In this document: in pieces, positions 26,849 to 41,519 of the stretch
How the letters are laid out: the number at the start of each line of letters is the position of its first letter
How positions within the stretch are numbered: the first letter of the stretch is position 1
DNA from: Octopus vulgaris
Lineage: Eukaryota
Direction: 5' to 3'
Length of the DNA stretch: 64,000 nt
Assembly (NCBI GenBank): GCA_951406725.2
Contig: OX597823.1
Location: forward strand, 110,856,001-110,920,000
Position numbers and translations under genes: made by a program
Notes under the pieces: model-generated
Seen by the model: the letters and a program-made list of their open reading frames with translations, nothing else
What the model was told of the DNA's origin: nothing
The model's database searches: none

Positions 26849-27324
26849 ATGGAAAAGAATTGGTAGGTCGTTTGATGACAATTGAAGGATTCTCAAATAC
26901 AACTATTCCTATTAATGTGTGCAGCACTAAAATGGTAAATGTTAGTTTTATACTCAACTAAGGTTTTTCAATGATGTGATTGTTATGATTTCAGTACCTT
27001 CAAAACTCTCTGCTCTTTCTAACACAAATCACTTTTCATCACAAACTCATTCTGACAAGACTTAATGGTCCCACTTCCTGTTATTTGCAGTTATTGCTCT
27101 TTTAGATGAATTCCCTTCATTGTAATTTGTAGTAACCACAAGCAAATTTTTGCTTAGAATTTTCTATCTGTTGTGCAGGTTGCTTTTACCATCATTTGAT
27201 GAGTTTAACAGTGCAGAAGATTCTCTCAGACTTATTCAGCTCCCTTATCGGAAACTTTTGAATTCCACTGTTTCCTCATGCAACCATTCTATTCAGCGCA
27301 ACTGGTTTTGTGAATCTAAATTTA

Positions 27325-27643
27325 AAAGGCACGTAAAAGGCACCATTCGAGCGTGATCATTACCAGCATGGCCTTACTGGCACCTGTGCCAGTGGAATGT
27401 GTAAAAGAGTCAAGCGAGGTCGTTGCCAGTACTGCCTCACTGGCCCCGTACCAGTGGCATGTAAAAGCAACCACTACACTCTCAGAGTGGTTGGCATTAG
27501 GAAGGGCATCCAGCTGTAGAAACTCTGCCAGATCAAGATTGAAGCCTGGTGCAGCCATCTGGCTCGCCAGCCCTCAGTCAAATCGTCCAACCCATGCTAG
27601 CATGGAAAGCGGACGTTAAATGATGATGATGATGATGATGATG
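27325..27643 (+). mobile_element. Family D, RTE-type LINE 3'UTR with (GAT)n tail
   Basis: GGCACGTAAAAGGCACC-type units, GGTTGGCATTAGGAAGGGCATCCAGC, CCCATGCTAGCATGG hairpin, (GAT)n. Confidence 0.85.
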
Positions 27644-28150
27644 AAATTTAAAGCCAAGTCACTTTTACTCTGTCTCTCCTACAATCCTACAAAGAATTCC
27701 CACAGTGAGGAGTCATACAGCAAAGAATATAAAATTTAAGAAAATGAACCTTTGACAAAGCTAGCAATTCATTGGGTGAGACAGGGGGGTTAGAGGAATA
27801 GTACTGTGCAATCAGAGAATATGCATACAATTTCCAATAGCTAGGGATGCCGTTAACAAAAACAGCCGAAATAAAATAGACCAATTAATTATTGATTAAC
27901 TTAAACTTAGCCTTAGAGGTCGATGTGGTTTCCTAGAGAAATATAATATAGTATGCTAACTTCAATGAAGCACGGTGCCAAATTTGGGTTGTTTCTCAGT
28001 TCAATGAATCCATACAGATGGCACTGCTGAGAGGCAGAGGGAGAAAGACAGACCAAGAGTGTAAATGCAATTTCAAGTATCAAGGATACTCTTAATAATG
28101 ATGAAGATGATGGTGGTGGTGATAGTGATGAAAATAACATTGATGTCGAC

Positions 28151-28182
<32 letters not shown>

Positions 28183-28723
28183 ATAGTAATAATGATAATA
28201 ATAATAATGATAATAATAATAATAATGATAATAAAAATAATAATAATAAATATTTGCCATTTTAATTATGAAGAGGGTTTGAAATATTAAATCTGATTAT
28301 ATAAAGACACCACAAGATGATATTAGATCCCTGAGCGATAATGAAAGATACAAGTTCCTAAGCGTGCAACAGGACAATAAAGTAAAGGAATGTAAAGTTT
28401 ACCAAAGCATAAAAGAGAAGTAAAAGGAAATGATTGGGAAGGAATTCAAAACAAAATTAAATAGAGGGAATGTTATCATGGTAATCAACTCATGGACCAA
28501 AACAATATTGATATACCTTACCCTGCTTTCTAAAATGGGCAAAGACTGAACAGCTTAGAAGCTGCTTACAATGCACAGCACACCACCCTAAAAGTAGTAA
28601 GACAGACCCCACAAAGAAAGGAAGGAGAGAGTTTTGTTAAATGCAGTATCACAATACTGGATGCTGGATGTGGAAAATTATGTCATACATAATGTAGAAA
28701 GAATATTGTTTGCAGTCAGCAGT

Positions 28724-28955
28724 TTCCTATTTCTTTACTACCTACAAGGGGCTAAACACAGAGGGGATGAACAAGGACAGACAAACGGATTAAGTCGATT
28801 ATATCGACCCCAGTGCGTAACTGGTACTTAATTTATCAACCCCGAAAGGATGAAAGGCAAAGTCGATCTAGGCGGAATTTGAACTCAGAATGTAATGGCA
28901 GACGAAATACTGCTAAGCATTTCGCCCAGCATGCTAACATTTCTGCCAGCTCGCA
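28724..28955 (-). mobile_element. SINE family A nested in the R4/Dong-like LINE
   Basis: Full family A sequence. Confidence 0.9.
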
Positions 28956-29413
28956 GTAAGAGAATTGAAGAATAGAAGGAAGAATGACAGGAGAAATAGC
29001 TGGTGAATAAAGGTATTACCAGACTAGTTCATGCTACACACTGAAGATGCTGAAAATAATGAATGGTGTTCGTGATTGACAGGTGAAAATCAGGAATGAT
29101 AAACTGTAATTACTAATTATAGCCACTCAGGAACAAACTATTAGCACAAACTTGATAGAGACAAGGATTGATAAAACTCTGTTAGAAAACAACTTCACAA
29201 TCATTGAAAAAGGAAATGAAAATATTAACCATCTTTTAAGTGAATGCAGTAAGCTAGTGCAAAAAGAGTATAAATACAGGCATAACTGTAGCGGTAAAAG
29301 ACTGCATTAGGATGTTAGCCAAGATTGTGGATTCAAAGGGACAGGAAAATGGTATGAACTCGAGCCAGAAGCTGTGGTGGTGAATGATAACTACAGAATA
29401 TTACAGGATTTCT

Positions 29414-30240
29414 GTGTCATCATCATTATCATCGTTTAACATCCACCTTCCATGCTGGCTTGTGGGTCGGTTTGACAAGAGCCAGTCAGGCAGAAGCCTA
29501 CACCAGACTTCTGTGACTGTTTTGGCAGGATTTTTACAGCTGGATGCTCTTCCTAACACCAACCACTCAACAGAGTGGACTTAATGCTTAAATACATAGC
29601 ACAAGCACAGACGAGGTCAGTTTTTGGCAAGGTTTTCACAGCTGGATGCCCTTCCAAATACCAACCACTTTGCAGCATGGACTGGGTGCTTTTAAGTGGC
29701 ACCTACACTGATAGGGTCACCAAGCGCTTACAAGACAAAAAACAAAAAGAAACTCTTTTGAGAGGGGAAGGGACATTGAAGGAGGTGATCTTGTGTCAGA
29801 TGAGGAAAGGTTATAGTGAGGCAGAGAGACAGAAACAAGTGTCTTGTTGTAGAGGAGGTACAGGGTCACCCAGCTGGAGAGAGAGAGAGAGAGAGAGAAA
29901 TCTGGAATGAAGACAGAAACAGGTGCACTGCCACAAAGGAAATACATGGCTGCCCAACCTGAGGGAAATGCAGGAGAGGGAGACAGCAGGATATAGATAG
30001 TAGCAAAGTGCCAGGCATATGCAATAATACAATGAGACAGGGCGTGGGGGGAGCACACGAGTTGGAAGCTAGCAGAGACCAATGATACAGTGGCACAGGG
30101 TCAAGAGGACAGGATTGGGGAGTGGGAGGTAATCCTAGTGCATGAAGTGGAAATGTGAGGAAGAGAAGAGATGTAGTTTGATTTGTGATAGAGTGTGTGA
30201 GAAATTTCCATGATAAGTGTAGGTGGGACACACAGCACTT
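29414..30240 (-). mobile_element. Family D variant with pyrimidine-rich leader and duplicated tail segment
   Basis: CAGCTGGATGC(T/C)CTTCC occurs twice; purine-rich on the + strand, mirroring 58290-59010. Confidence 0.6.
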
Positions 30241-30650
30241 CTAGAACTCTGTGTAAAAGACTGGAAATGTTATGGATAAAAGGAGAGCAGATATTGTTGT
30301 AGAGGACGAAAAAGATAAAATGGAAGAGCAGAGACCTTACAATACCATGTGATAGTAGAGCAGATATTGGAGAAATTGATAAAATTGAGAAATATGTGAA
30401 CCTAGTTAGACAGATGAAGGGATTGTGGAAGATAAATTAACAAGGGTTCCTGTGGTAATTGGTGCACTTGTCACAGCACCCAAAGAAACTGAAGGATAGG
30501 CATTCACTGTCAACCTGTTGAAAAGTGTCTTCCTGTGTTCTGTAAGAATTTCTAAGACAGTTTCTTGAGATTGGAAGAGATTTGTTTTCACCAATCCTCA
30601 AGATAACTATCCTGCTAATTGAATTAGCATGTAATAGATTTTTAGGAGTA

Positions 30651-30727
<77 letters not shown>

Positions 30728-30728
30728 T

Positions 30729-31279
30729 GCCCTGATGCAGTACCAGGCAGTGGCTCTCATGGCTTTTGATCTTAACTGCTTGGAAGTGTTATCATGTACA
30801 TTGTTTTGTCTTGGTATAAAAGATGGTCTACAGCAAATATTCTGCTCAATACCAAAGATTTGCTTGTCAGTTGTTTGACCATAACCAGTTGAGCATGTCC
30901 CTTAGTGGATGACGATATGTGTATCTCTGATCACGAGCAGAAGTAGTGGGGGAGCATCATAGCCATGTGTTGAGAGGGATTCTTTGGGGCTTGAATACTT
31001 CACCTCTGGAAACATAGGTGTTTCTTTCAACATCCTTAAACAACCCTTATTCAAGGACCTTTTGAGCGGGATGGGTTACTCGACCAGAAGAAAATTCTAA
31101 CTGGGCCCCACTTGCAAGGTCATGTGCTGTTTATCTTGATATGAAATCATGTCGCGCACATATGGTTGTGATGCATGTGCTGGTGCACCCTTATCAGATG
31201 GGTAGTCATGAGGGGTATATTGGGCTTCGTATAATTGTACCCCAGTGTCACATTGATGGCATGCACTGCTCTCTCACAC
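30729..31279 (+). mobile_element. Family E element, longest copy (~550 bp), embedded in (AAT)n
   Basis: (AAT)n-GCCCTGATGCAGTACC...TGCTCTCTCACAC-(AAT)n; no recognisable ORF and no tRNA head seen. Confidence 0.85.
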
Positions 31280-31314
<35 letters not shown>

Positions 31315-34300
31315 TAATAATAAGACTACTGGATAATAAAAATTATAATAATCACCATCATAATAATATAAATATCAGGTATAATACTTATTTCCTTCCT
31401 ATAAATTTAGTCCTCTCAGCCAAAGTTTCTTTGAGTCATTGAGAATAATATGTCATGTCCAACAATCTACTGTAGCCTGTCCATGAATCTTTACTATATC
31501 AAATTTTGCTTTGAGTCACTATTCCCCAAAACAAAAAAGACAGCATTATCAAGTAGAGCGAAGATGGTGGTTGTCTTATGCGGTGTGGCTTAAAAGTTGT
31601 CTCAACTGATAGTTGTAGAAGAGAAGGATACAGCATTAGCTATATTCTCAGCTACAAGGACATCTTTGAGGTGCTTTGTGTAGAGTGGAGACTGTTCAAC
31701 TATAAGTTTTCTCACTTAATGTCATTTTACTATAAAGCAACTGCCACGGCTATTTTCTTCAATAAATCATTAAATTTTGAAAAAGAATATTAATTTCCAA
31801 CTGACGCTTTTTCTTTTCTGAAAAACTAAATATACTAAATATACTTAGTTAGTAATTATAATTATGATAGATTTTTCTGGCCTTCTTTTGATCAGCAGAA
31901 AATAGCAGCCTAATTGCCCTCAAATTACACTCTGTTATCTTCAAACAGGTCAACCACTTTGGATAAAGAATTTCTAGATATGCTATATCTGAGATAAGAT
32001 GGAACTGGCATGGTCAGAACACATTTGATCATAAATCTGCCTGGTAAGGGATAGCCTGGGGTTATACAACAGCAGCATTGTGAGACATTTCTAGTGGGCG
32101 AGAGTGACAAAGAAAGAAAAAAAGAAGGAAAGATAAGATATACAAAACAAAGAAGAGAGAATGTGTGTACGTGATTATGTGTGTGAGAGAGTTGTGGTTG
32201 TGGAGGAGGAGGGGCGAGAGATAGAGAAAGAAGGAAACTGAAAGTGTACAGTTATATTTTTATAATTATTTATGTGCTTGAGGGAGAGCTTGCAAGTGTA
32301 GTGGTTCTAACATCAACAATAATTGGTCCTATAATTTCTACTTTGATAAGTAAAAATCAATAATGTTATAGAGACTTATTTTCTTAACCTCAGATGACCA
32401 TTTGCTGACAAACAGTTCCTCCGTCCAAGATTATAAAACCTTAAAAGGTAACATCAAATGACTTTGTTGAGTCACAGAATTCTGCTGTACTCATCCTAAT
32501 TGACAAGGTATTTTAGAAAGAAATATATATAAAACATTCGTTTTTGAACATTCGACTTTGAGCTGTAAACAAGACCGAAATTCTCTAGTGTAATAAATAA
32601 AATATATAAATAAAAGAAGAAAAAGATGAGTAAAAAAATTCCCGTAAATACTCACAACACAAAAAAATGTGATGAGAATAAAATGAAGTAAAATCAAGCA
32701 ACCAAATTTAATGAGATCAGGAAATCAAACATTTCCGCTAAGAAAAAAAAAAAAAACGATGTATTTTTATTTATTGTTCTTCTTGTTGTTGTAGTTATTG
32801 TTGCTGTTACTAGTGCTGCTCCTGTTGTTCTCGTTATTACTGTAGTTGATGCTGATGTTGTTGGTGATTCTCTTGTTGACACTCTTGTTGTTGGGAGAAG
32901 AAATAAGTGGTAATGTGCCTCGTACCATGTGATTAATTGTTGAGTCAGCTACCAGCAATGAAGGTGTCTAAAGCATTTGGAAAAATACAATAAAAAAAAA
33001 AATTTGCAAATGATTGCTAAAGCAAAATATCTATTAATGTCATTTTGGTTTTAACATTTCCCATATAAATAATTATAATTTTCTGAAATATCATTTTACT
33101 TTTGAAGTGTTTCTTCTTTTATCACTTGTAGCCAGCTCTGTGCTTTATCAATGTTCAAAATATTTTGACTATCTGTAGATAGGTGCCATTCAGTGGTAGA
33201 ATCTACTGTTGTGTGAAGAGTTGCAGTTATAATATTAATCAATGCTTGGCTGGTATGTATATCTGATTTTAACTATTGAGTATCAAACCAATTTTTAGAT
33301 TACAGTATCCAGAAATTGACTGAGTTTGATCTTGTCTTATTGATCTTGGAGAAGATAAAAGGGAAATTGATCCCCTTGGATTTTTGAATTGACATTTAAA
33401 GATATATAATTAAATACGGCATGGGATACTGCCCTCCCCACCTCATCAAAAATTTCTAACAGAAGTACAAGACAACACATTTTAGATGAAGAAGTTACAG
33501 TTGGTTATATCAACTCCAGTACTTAACTGGAATTTTATTTTAGTAACTTCTGAAAGATGAAAGCCAAAGGAGACTTAAGCAAGATTTGAAGCTCAAAATT
33601 TAAAAGAATACAACTAAATAGAACTAGGTATTCTTAGACATATATGATACCTAACTACTGAAAATGTTTACGGACAAAAATGCCTATGAGCAACTTAGGA
33701 GTCAGAATGAGTGAGAAATGTCCATGTTCACCTAATGGCTAATGTACAGCTGCTCATAACTTCAAGGTATTTTGACAACAATAGTGTAACACTGGCTTGC
33801 TCTGTGTATTCAGAACCATTCTTATAAATAATTGCTATTTTCCTAAATCTTGTTGCCCATGGTCTGACATTAATATTCAAAGCAATGTAAACTTCATACA
33901 GTTCCAGGAGAAGATCTGCTTCTCCTAGCACATTCCACTTTTCTTCCTTTGAATACATGTTTTGTAGGTGTCTTTCTCCTTCATTACCTTCTTCACTGAT
34001 TTTAGCAATCTGTTAACCCGGATTCTTTTCTAATCTGTACCTCTTCATTGCAAGACAATGGTATGGTTCAGCTGGTTGTAGTTAAGGGTGATAGTTCAAG
34101 ATCATTGGTTTGCTAGACAAAGGATGATAAAAAATATCACTTCTGTTACGTTTGGAACTTCAACCAGTGGTGCCTTGAGAATGGTATTCTCTGTAGCCTG
34201 AGGCTTTTGTTAGTTGTTGTTTTTTGGTTTGTTTTTTTTGCAGAACCAAAAGCATAGCAAGCAAAACGCCTTGTAGTATTTATTCTGGGATTTTATTTTC

Positions 34301-34399
34301 TACAGTCAAATCCCTCCTAGACGGTTGCAGTATTTGTACAGGCTTTTTACATTAACAATCAAAATCAAATCATATATCAGAAAGCAGGGGTTAAGTGAC

Positions 34400-35292
34400 C
34401 CATCTGTTCGTGTCCGCTGTCAGCCTCGTCTGGCACCCGTGCCGGTGATACGTAAAAGCACCATTCGCTCATGGCCGCTTGCCAGCTCTGCCTGGCCCCG
34501 TGTCGGTGGCACGTAAAAGCACCATCCGTTCGTGTTCGTTGCCAGCCTCGCCTGGCCCCGTGCCGGTGACACGTAAAAGCACCGTCCGTTCGTGGCCGTT
34601 GGCCAGCTCTGTCTGGCCCCGTGTCGGTGGCACGTAAAAGCACCATCCGTTCATGGCCGTTTGCCAGCTCTGTCTGGCCCCGTGTCGGTGGCACGTAAAA
34701 GCACCATCCATCCGTGTCCGTTGCCAGCCTCGGCTGGCCCCCGTGCCGGTGACACGTAAAAGCACCGTCCGCTCATGGCCGTTTGCCAGCTCTGTCTGGC
34801 AACCGTGTCGGTGGCACGTAAAAGCACCATCTGTTCGCGTCCGTTGCCAGCCTCGGCTGGCCCCCGTGCCGGTGACACGTAAAAGCACCATCCGTTCATG
34901 GCCGTTTGCCAGCTCTGTCTGGCCCCGTGTCGGCAAGCACCATCCGTCCGTGTCCGTTGCCAGCCTCGGCTGGTCCCGTGCCGGTGACATGTAAAAGCAC
35001 CGTCCGTTCGTGGCCGGTTGCCAGCTCTGTCTGGCCCCGAGTCGGTGGCACGTAAAAGCACCATCCGTTCGTGGCCGTTCGCCAGCTCTGTCTGGCACCT
35101 GTGCAGGTGGCACGTAAAAAACACCCACTACACTCGCGGAGTGGTTGGCGTTAGGAAGGGCATCCAGCCGTAGAAACACTGCCAGATCTGACTGGGCCTG
35201 ACGAAGCCTTCCAGCTTCACAGACCCCAGTTGACCCGTCCAACCCATGCTAGCATGGAAAACGGATGCTAAACGATGATGATGATGATGATG
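34400..35292 (+). mobile_element. Family D (RTE 3'UTR) with expanded 12-unit ~61-bp GC-rich array
   Basis: G(G/A)CACGTAAAAGCACC recurs every ~60-61 bp from ~34450 to ~35125, followed by the standard D tail and (GAT)n. Confidence 0.9.
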
Positions 35293-35310
35293 ATATATAT
35301 ATATATATAT

Positions 35311-35341
<31 letters not shown>

Positions 35342-35436
35342 TACATATATATATAAAATGTACTGTTCCATAATGGTAAGATCAGCTAAAAAGGACTCCA
35401 TCTGGTGAGAAATAAATATTATCTAATAGACACAAT

Positions 35437-35700
35437 GTGGAGGCATGTGGCTTAGTGGTTAGGGTGTCAAACTCATGATCACAAGGTTGTGGTTTCGATT
35501 CCTGGACTGGACGACGCGTTGTGTTCTTGAGCAAAACACTTCATTTCACATTGCTCCAGTCCAGTCAGCTGGCAAAAATGAATAACGCTGCAATGGACTG
35601 GTGTCCCATCCAGCTGGGAAACACATATGCCATTGAAACCAGGAAACCAGGAAACCAGGACCATGAGACTGACTAGGCTTTAAAAGGGCGCATTTATTAT
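35437..35700 (+). mobile_element. SINE family C-related subfamily, full length
   Basis: A box TGGCTTAGTGG, B box GTTTCGATTCC, TTGAGCAAAACACTT core-like segment; inverted copy at 48556-48817. Confidence 0.85.
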
Positions 35701-36109
35701 TTTATTTTAATAGACACAATACATAGTTTTATGTGTTACTAATAGTTTCATACATTGAGAAATATCTCAAACATATTCCTAAGCCACAAACAACATACGA
35801 ACTAAAAATTGAATGAGTATCTGTGTGCACGCGTGCATGTGTGTGTGTGTGTGTGTGCGTGTGCACATGCACATACAAATAGAGATACTCAAGTATATAT
35901 ATATGCACAACACATATATTATTCAGTTGTAAAGTTAAACAAATGACTCAAGGGCCAAGTATTTCTTACTTTGCACTTAACAGAGTGATTAGTGCAAAAC
36001 TTTGGAGTCTTCAGTGACTTACGAAACTTTACAGCCGAATAAAAGCATACACATGCTCTCAAGAATTGATTTCTTTTTCTCCTGTTTGTTCCACTGCACC
36101 AACATGTGC

Positions 36110-36184
<75 letters not shown>

Positions 36185-36665
36185 AGTGTGTGTGTACGTA
36201 TATATATATTTATATATGTCTCTGTGTATGTATCTATCTATCTATCTATATATATATATATATATATATACAAATACACATATACACATGTACACACATA
36301 CACGCACACACACACGTGCGCACGCACACATACACACACACATTCTTACTGCTTGAGTAAACAGGATTGCAAGGAAATTCTAAGCAACAGCCCTAAATGC
36401 ATCAATTGAGTAAATTTAATAATTATATTCTACAACATATATTAAGAAGGGTTTTTTTTACTTTTACCTGTTCATTTTATAATATACACACACACACGTG
36501 TGTGTGTGTATATATATATATAGAAAGAGAGAGAGAGAGAGGGAGAAAGAGAGAATGTCAGACAGAGAAGGTTTTTCTAGGTATGTAATTTCTGTTTAAG
36601 ATATGAAGGTTGATATTTTTGTCTATTTTACTGCCTAGATTTTTGTTTCATTCGGTTTTTCTATA

Positions 36666-36819
<154 letters not shown>

Positions 36820-37183
36820 GCACACATACTCATCTGTAGTACATCTGAATATTTGGTACCTTCAAAAACTGCATTCTTCAAGTGTACTGCACCCCTTTAT
36901 TTCCAATTCTAACTTGTCTGTCAAATCACATCAAAACACCCCATTTTTTTTTTTTAAGGAAGAAAGAAAAATATAAAACTAATATTAAATAAATCTATAA
37001 AAAAATAAACTAAAATATCATAATGCATATGTCATTTCTAACCTTACATGAACCTATAAAACAAATAGCTATGGTTGTGTATATAGAAGCAGGCACACAA
37101 GCATTTAAATAAATGTATGCACGTATATGCATAGATGTATACATTTATATGTATATGCACATACATACACACATATATGTATA

Positions 37184-37218
<35 letters not shown>

Positions 37219-37221
37219 TTA

Positions 37222-37362
<141 letters not shown>

Positions 37363-37632
37363 CCATATATGTATCCATATATGTATATATACATATATAT
37401 ATGTAGGTATGTATATATGTATAAAATCATATATACATTCGTCCATATATATATATGTGTGTGTGCGTGTGTGATGTGAAAACTGCATTCTTCAAGTGTA
37501 CTGCACCCCTTTATTTCCAATTCTAACCTTTATGTCAGCTGTCTAGAATCTTCCACCAAGAGAATTTGAATGTTTGGATTCCCTGGAAGTAGTATTCCTC
37601 AAAGAGTCTGGATTCTTAATGCTATTTTTAAT

Positions 37633-37678
<46 letters not shown>

Positions 37679-38204
37679 ATACACACACTCTGTTTCTATT
37701 CGAACAACCTTGGTTTAGTTTTTCTCCAAATGCTCAAGAGTATGATAAAAAAACTATAGCCATTTGATTTCATAATTTAATGTAAAGTGAAGTTATTACA
37801 TATTCATTATATTGCTTCTATTTATTATTGTCAGTTATAATATTTCGGTCGATGATGTTGTTGTTGTTGATGTTAGACTTCTTTCTGGATACTGTTGTTT
37901 TAAATCTTTTTATTACATTATGTTTCAAATTTTTTTATTGATTTTTTTAAATATTTCTTTTTGATATGTTTTGTTTTGTTTTCCAGAAGACATTTCATAT
38001 TGTGTTTATTCTTCAGGTTAATTTTCTTTGTAAGTTTTCTTTTCTCTCTTTTTTTTTCCTTAAATTTTTTTTATTGTTTGATATTCAAAGTATTTGGTAT
38101 GGTAGAATATGATGGGGGGCAGGTTTGTACACAGAAAAGGAATTGCAATTGGGACATAAATTTTCTTTTATTTTTCATAACAATCATGAAAATTTCAGAT
38201 TTTG

Positions 38205-38290
<86 letters not shown>

Positions 38291-38364
38291 CATCCCCCAA
38301 AAGAAAAGCTTTACCTTGTAACTTGTCCCATCTGTGTGCAGCCCTGAGTGGCCAATAAAGAAAC

Positions 38365-38411
<47 letters not shown>

Positions 38412-38412
38412 C

Positions 38413-38457
<45 letters not shown>

Positions 38458-38466
38458 CATCCATCC

Positions 38467-38525
<59 letters not shown>

Positions 38526-38900
38526 AATCAATCTTATCTATTCATCTATCTATCTGTCTATCTATCTATCTATCTATTTATCTCTCTATCTCTTTATCTA
38601 GTATACATACATATAAATGCATACACACACATACATACATACATACATACATACATACATACATACATACATACACACATACATATGCACACACATGTAC
38701 CTTGCTATCTATCTATCAACTAGTTTTACTATTTATCTCCTTAGCTGCCTGTCCATTTTTCTTTCAATTAATCTATCTCTTTATCTATCTACTTATTTAT
38801 CTCTCTCTCTCTCTGTATACATACATACATACACACGCATACATATATATATATACACACACACATACATACGTACACACACACAGACACGCACACACAC
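38205..38900 (+). repeat. (TATC)n/(TACA)n compound microsatellite region
   Basis: Direct reading. Confidence 0.9.
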
Positions 38901-39388
38901 ATATACATTCCTACTTGCAGGTTCAAACTTGAAGCAGCAACAACTAAAATGACAACAACAAGAGCAGCCAATTTAAGACAATGAAATGGAAGGCATCAGG
39001 TTGATTCTAATACAGCTTGACTCCATCAAAATTTCCTCTCCCTACCATTGTTCCATGGAAAAGGATGGAATATTGTAAAAATGTAAAAATTCTAAAACAA
39101 TCTTTTTTTTACTTATTTATTTATTTATTTATTTATTTATATTGCTTTGTTGTGCAATGGAAAGGAATGTGATTGGATTTAAACAACAATAACTGTATTA
39201 ATAACGATGAATGATAATAAATATGCAAATATATAAATGTAGAAATATACAAATAGACACACATATATACGCATTTATCTATCTATCTATATTTAAAAAA
39301 TGTAAAATAAAATTCTAAATAAAAGAAAAGAAAATTGTAACCAATTTTTATATTGCCTTGTTGTTTTTGTATGAATATAGATGAAGGA

Positions 39389-39465
<77 letters not shown>

Positions 39466-39669
39466 CATCATCATCATTATTATTTCTGTGTTGTCCATGA
39501 CTTATTTTGAAGTGACATATGATAATAATGATTTAAAATATAAGCTATTTTTGATGAAATATGCAATTTACCTCTGAATCTTTATCTAGTCCCATCAGAT
39601 AGATAATTACTATATACATACATAAATGATATGTGTGTGACATACATACATACATACATGCATACATAC

Positions 39670-39729
<60 letters not shown>

Positions 39730-39758
39730 GTATGTATGTATGTATGCATGTATGTATG

Positions 39759-39789
<31 letters not shown>

Positions 39790-40214
39790 ATATATGCATG
39801 TGTGTGTGTATGCACTCATATATAGCAAGCGAGTTACAGAAAAAGGAAAGAGATACTCTGTTATTTTTGTAGAAATCTGTTGTGTATCCTTATTGTCTTT
39901 TAAATTGTCATTTTGGAGAAATTCCCTCGTAATTTAAAAAAAAAAGGAATATGTAATTCCTCATGTAGAATTCATAGCACAAACTTATGGACAACTTTAA
40001 TCAAACCCAATCAATCTCTCCATTCTGTTGATCTGTGATGCAAGCTGCTCATGCATCCATCCAGATCTTGACATATTAACACAACAAACAATACAAAAAT
40101 GACAAGCAAATGAGATAGGGGAAGATTTTGTGAGAAGTTATGTTTGGTATAGGCATGGGTTCCTTGTAGCCTAAGTAAGACACTACTCACTTCGAGCAGA
40201 AGCTTATGTATGGA

Positions 40215-40580
40215 TCATCATCATCATCATCATCATCTTTTAACGTCCGCTTTCCATGCTAGCATGGGTTGGACGATTTGACTGAGGACTGGCGAATCAG
40301 ATGGCTGTACCAGGCTCCAATCTTGATCCGGCAGAGTTTCTACAGCTGGATGCCCTTTCTAACGCCAACCACTTCGAGAGTGAGGTGGGTACTTTTACGC
40401 GCCACCAGCATGGGGCAAGTCAGGTGGTACTGGCAACAACCTCGCTCATATGTTTTTACATGTGTCACCGGCACAAGTGTCAGTAAGGCAACGCTGGTAA
40501 CGATCACGCTCGAATGGTGCCTTTTACATGCCACCGGCATGGAAGCCAGTTAGCTGCTCTGGCAACGGAAGCCAGTTAGC
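40215..40580 (-). mobile_element. Family D (RTE 3'UTR)
   Basis: (CAT)n, CCATGCTAGCATGGG, CAGCTGGATGCCC, repeated CTTTTAC(A/G)..CCACC units. Confidence 0.85.
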
Positions 40581-40920
40581 CTCTAACATGCACCAACCAT
40601 CAGAAACAAGATTGTTGTTAATAAGCCCCTAGGTCAACTCATGTTGGGCAGAACCTAAGGTGAAAGCATTCTTCCAAATATGACAACCCATGGTTTATTT
40701 AGATATAATTTAGTGAGGATTACACTATGTAATAAATCATTCATATTTGAATGAATATAATTTGGGATTTGAAGAAAATTTGGTTTCTATTTCTAGCAGA
40801 AAAATTTCACATAGCTAGACCAGCAAATAACAACTCCACTTTAATGATGAGAATGTTTGTTTACATCCATCATGTGATGTCTAGAAAAGGGTACCCACAA
40901 ACACATATGCACACACATAT

Positions 40921-41122
40921 GCAGCAAGCTGGCAGAACTGTTAGTATGCTGGGCGAAATGCATAGCCATATTTTGTCTGCCGCTACGTTCTGAGTTCAAA
41001 TTCTTCCGAGCTCAACTCTGCCTTTCATCCTTTCAGGGTCGATAAATTAAGTACCAGTTACGCATTGGAGTCGATGTAATCGACTTAATCCATATGTTTA
41101 GCAACTTGTGGGTAATAAAAAA
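40921..41122 (+). mobile_element. SINE family A with internal deletion
   Basis: Family A head and body. Confidence 0.85.
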
Positions 41123-41519
41123 AAAACACATATGCACACACATGCAGGCAGTTACATTGACACACATACGCACACACACACAACATACATGTATGCACAC
41201 ACATGCACACACTTCCTTTCTAATCCATTCACAAGGCTTTGGTTGGCCTGGAGTTATGGTAGAAACAATCGTCTAAACCCAGAACTCATAGTTGGGAAGC
41301 AAGCTTCTTACCCACAACCATATCTAAGTAATACATTGAGCTATGAAACCACTTGTGTTAGTTATATAAGAACACTCATCAAGCTCTCAAGAACAACTTT
41401 TCATTGCTACAGAAGAAAATGGAAGTCGTTTAAAATGTTTGGATTATTGTGGTATTTTAAATATAATGAAGGAGAAAAGATAACTCAAATTCTGATCTAA
41501 GGAGTTCTTTTCCATTTCA

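Larger units (their letters stand above)
28270..30648 (+). mobile_element. Decayed R4/Dong-like LINE, interrupted by SINE A and a family D element, flanked by (AAT)n
   Basis: Peptides LNRGNVIMVINSW, LIIATQEQTISTN, NINHLLSECSKLVQKEYKYRHN, KWYELEPEAVVVNDNYRILQDF, RRADIVV, IPCDSR..EIDKIEKY, VPVVIGAL; (AAT)n at ~28152-28250 and 30649-30728. Confidence 0.82.

Noticed and set aside
33728-34200. Possible decayed transposase or exon on the minus strand (MYSKEEKWNVLGEADLLLELYEVY...)
   Set aside because: No motif could be recognised; would need tBLASTn/HMM support
34400-35130. CRISPR-like appearance of the constant CACGTAAAAGCACC motif with intervening sequences
   Set aside because: The intervening sequences are two recurring near-identical types rather than unique spacers; there are no cas genes, the context is eukaryotic, and the array is contiguous with an RTE 3' tail
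34469-35242. 257-aa and overlapping repetitive ORFs
   Set aside because: Stop-poor GC-rich tandem array open in several frames; no recognisable domain
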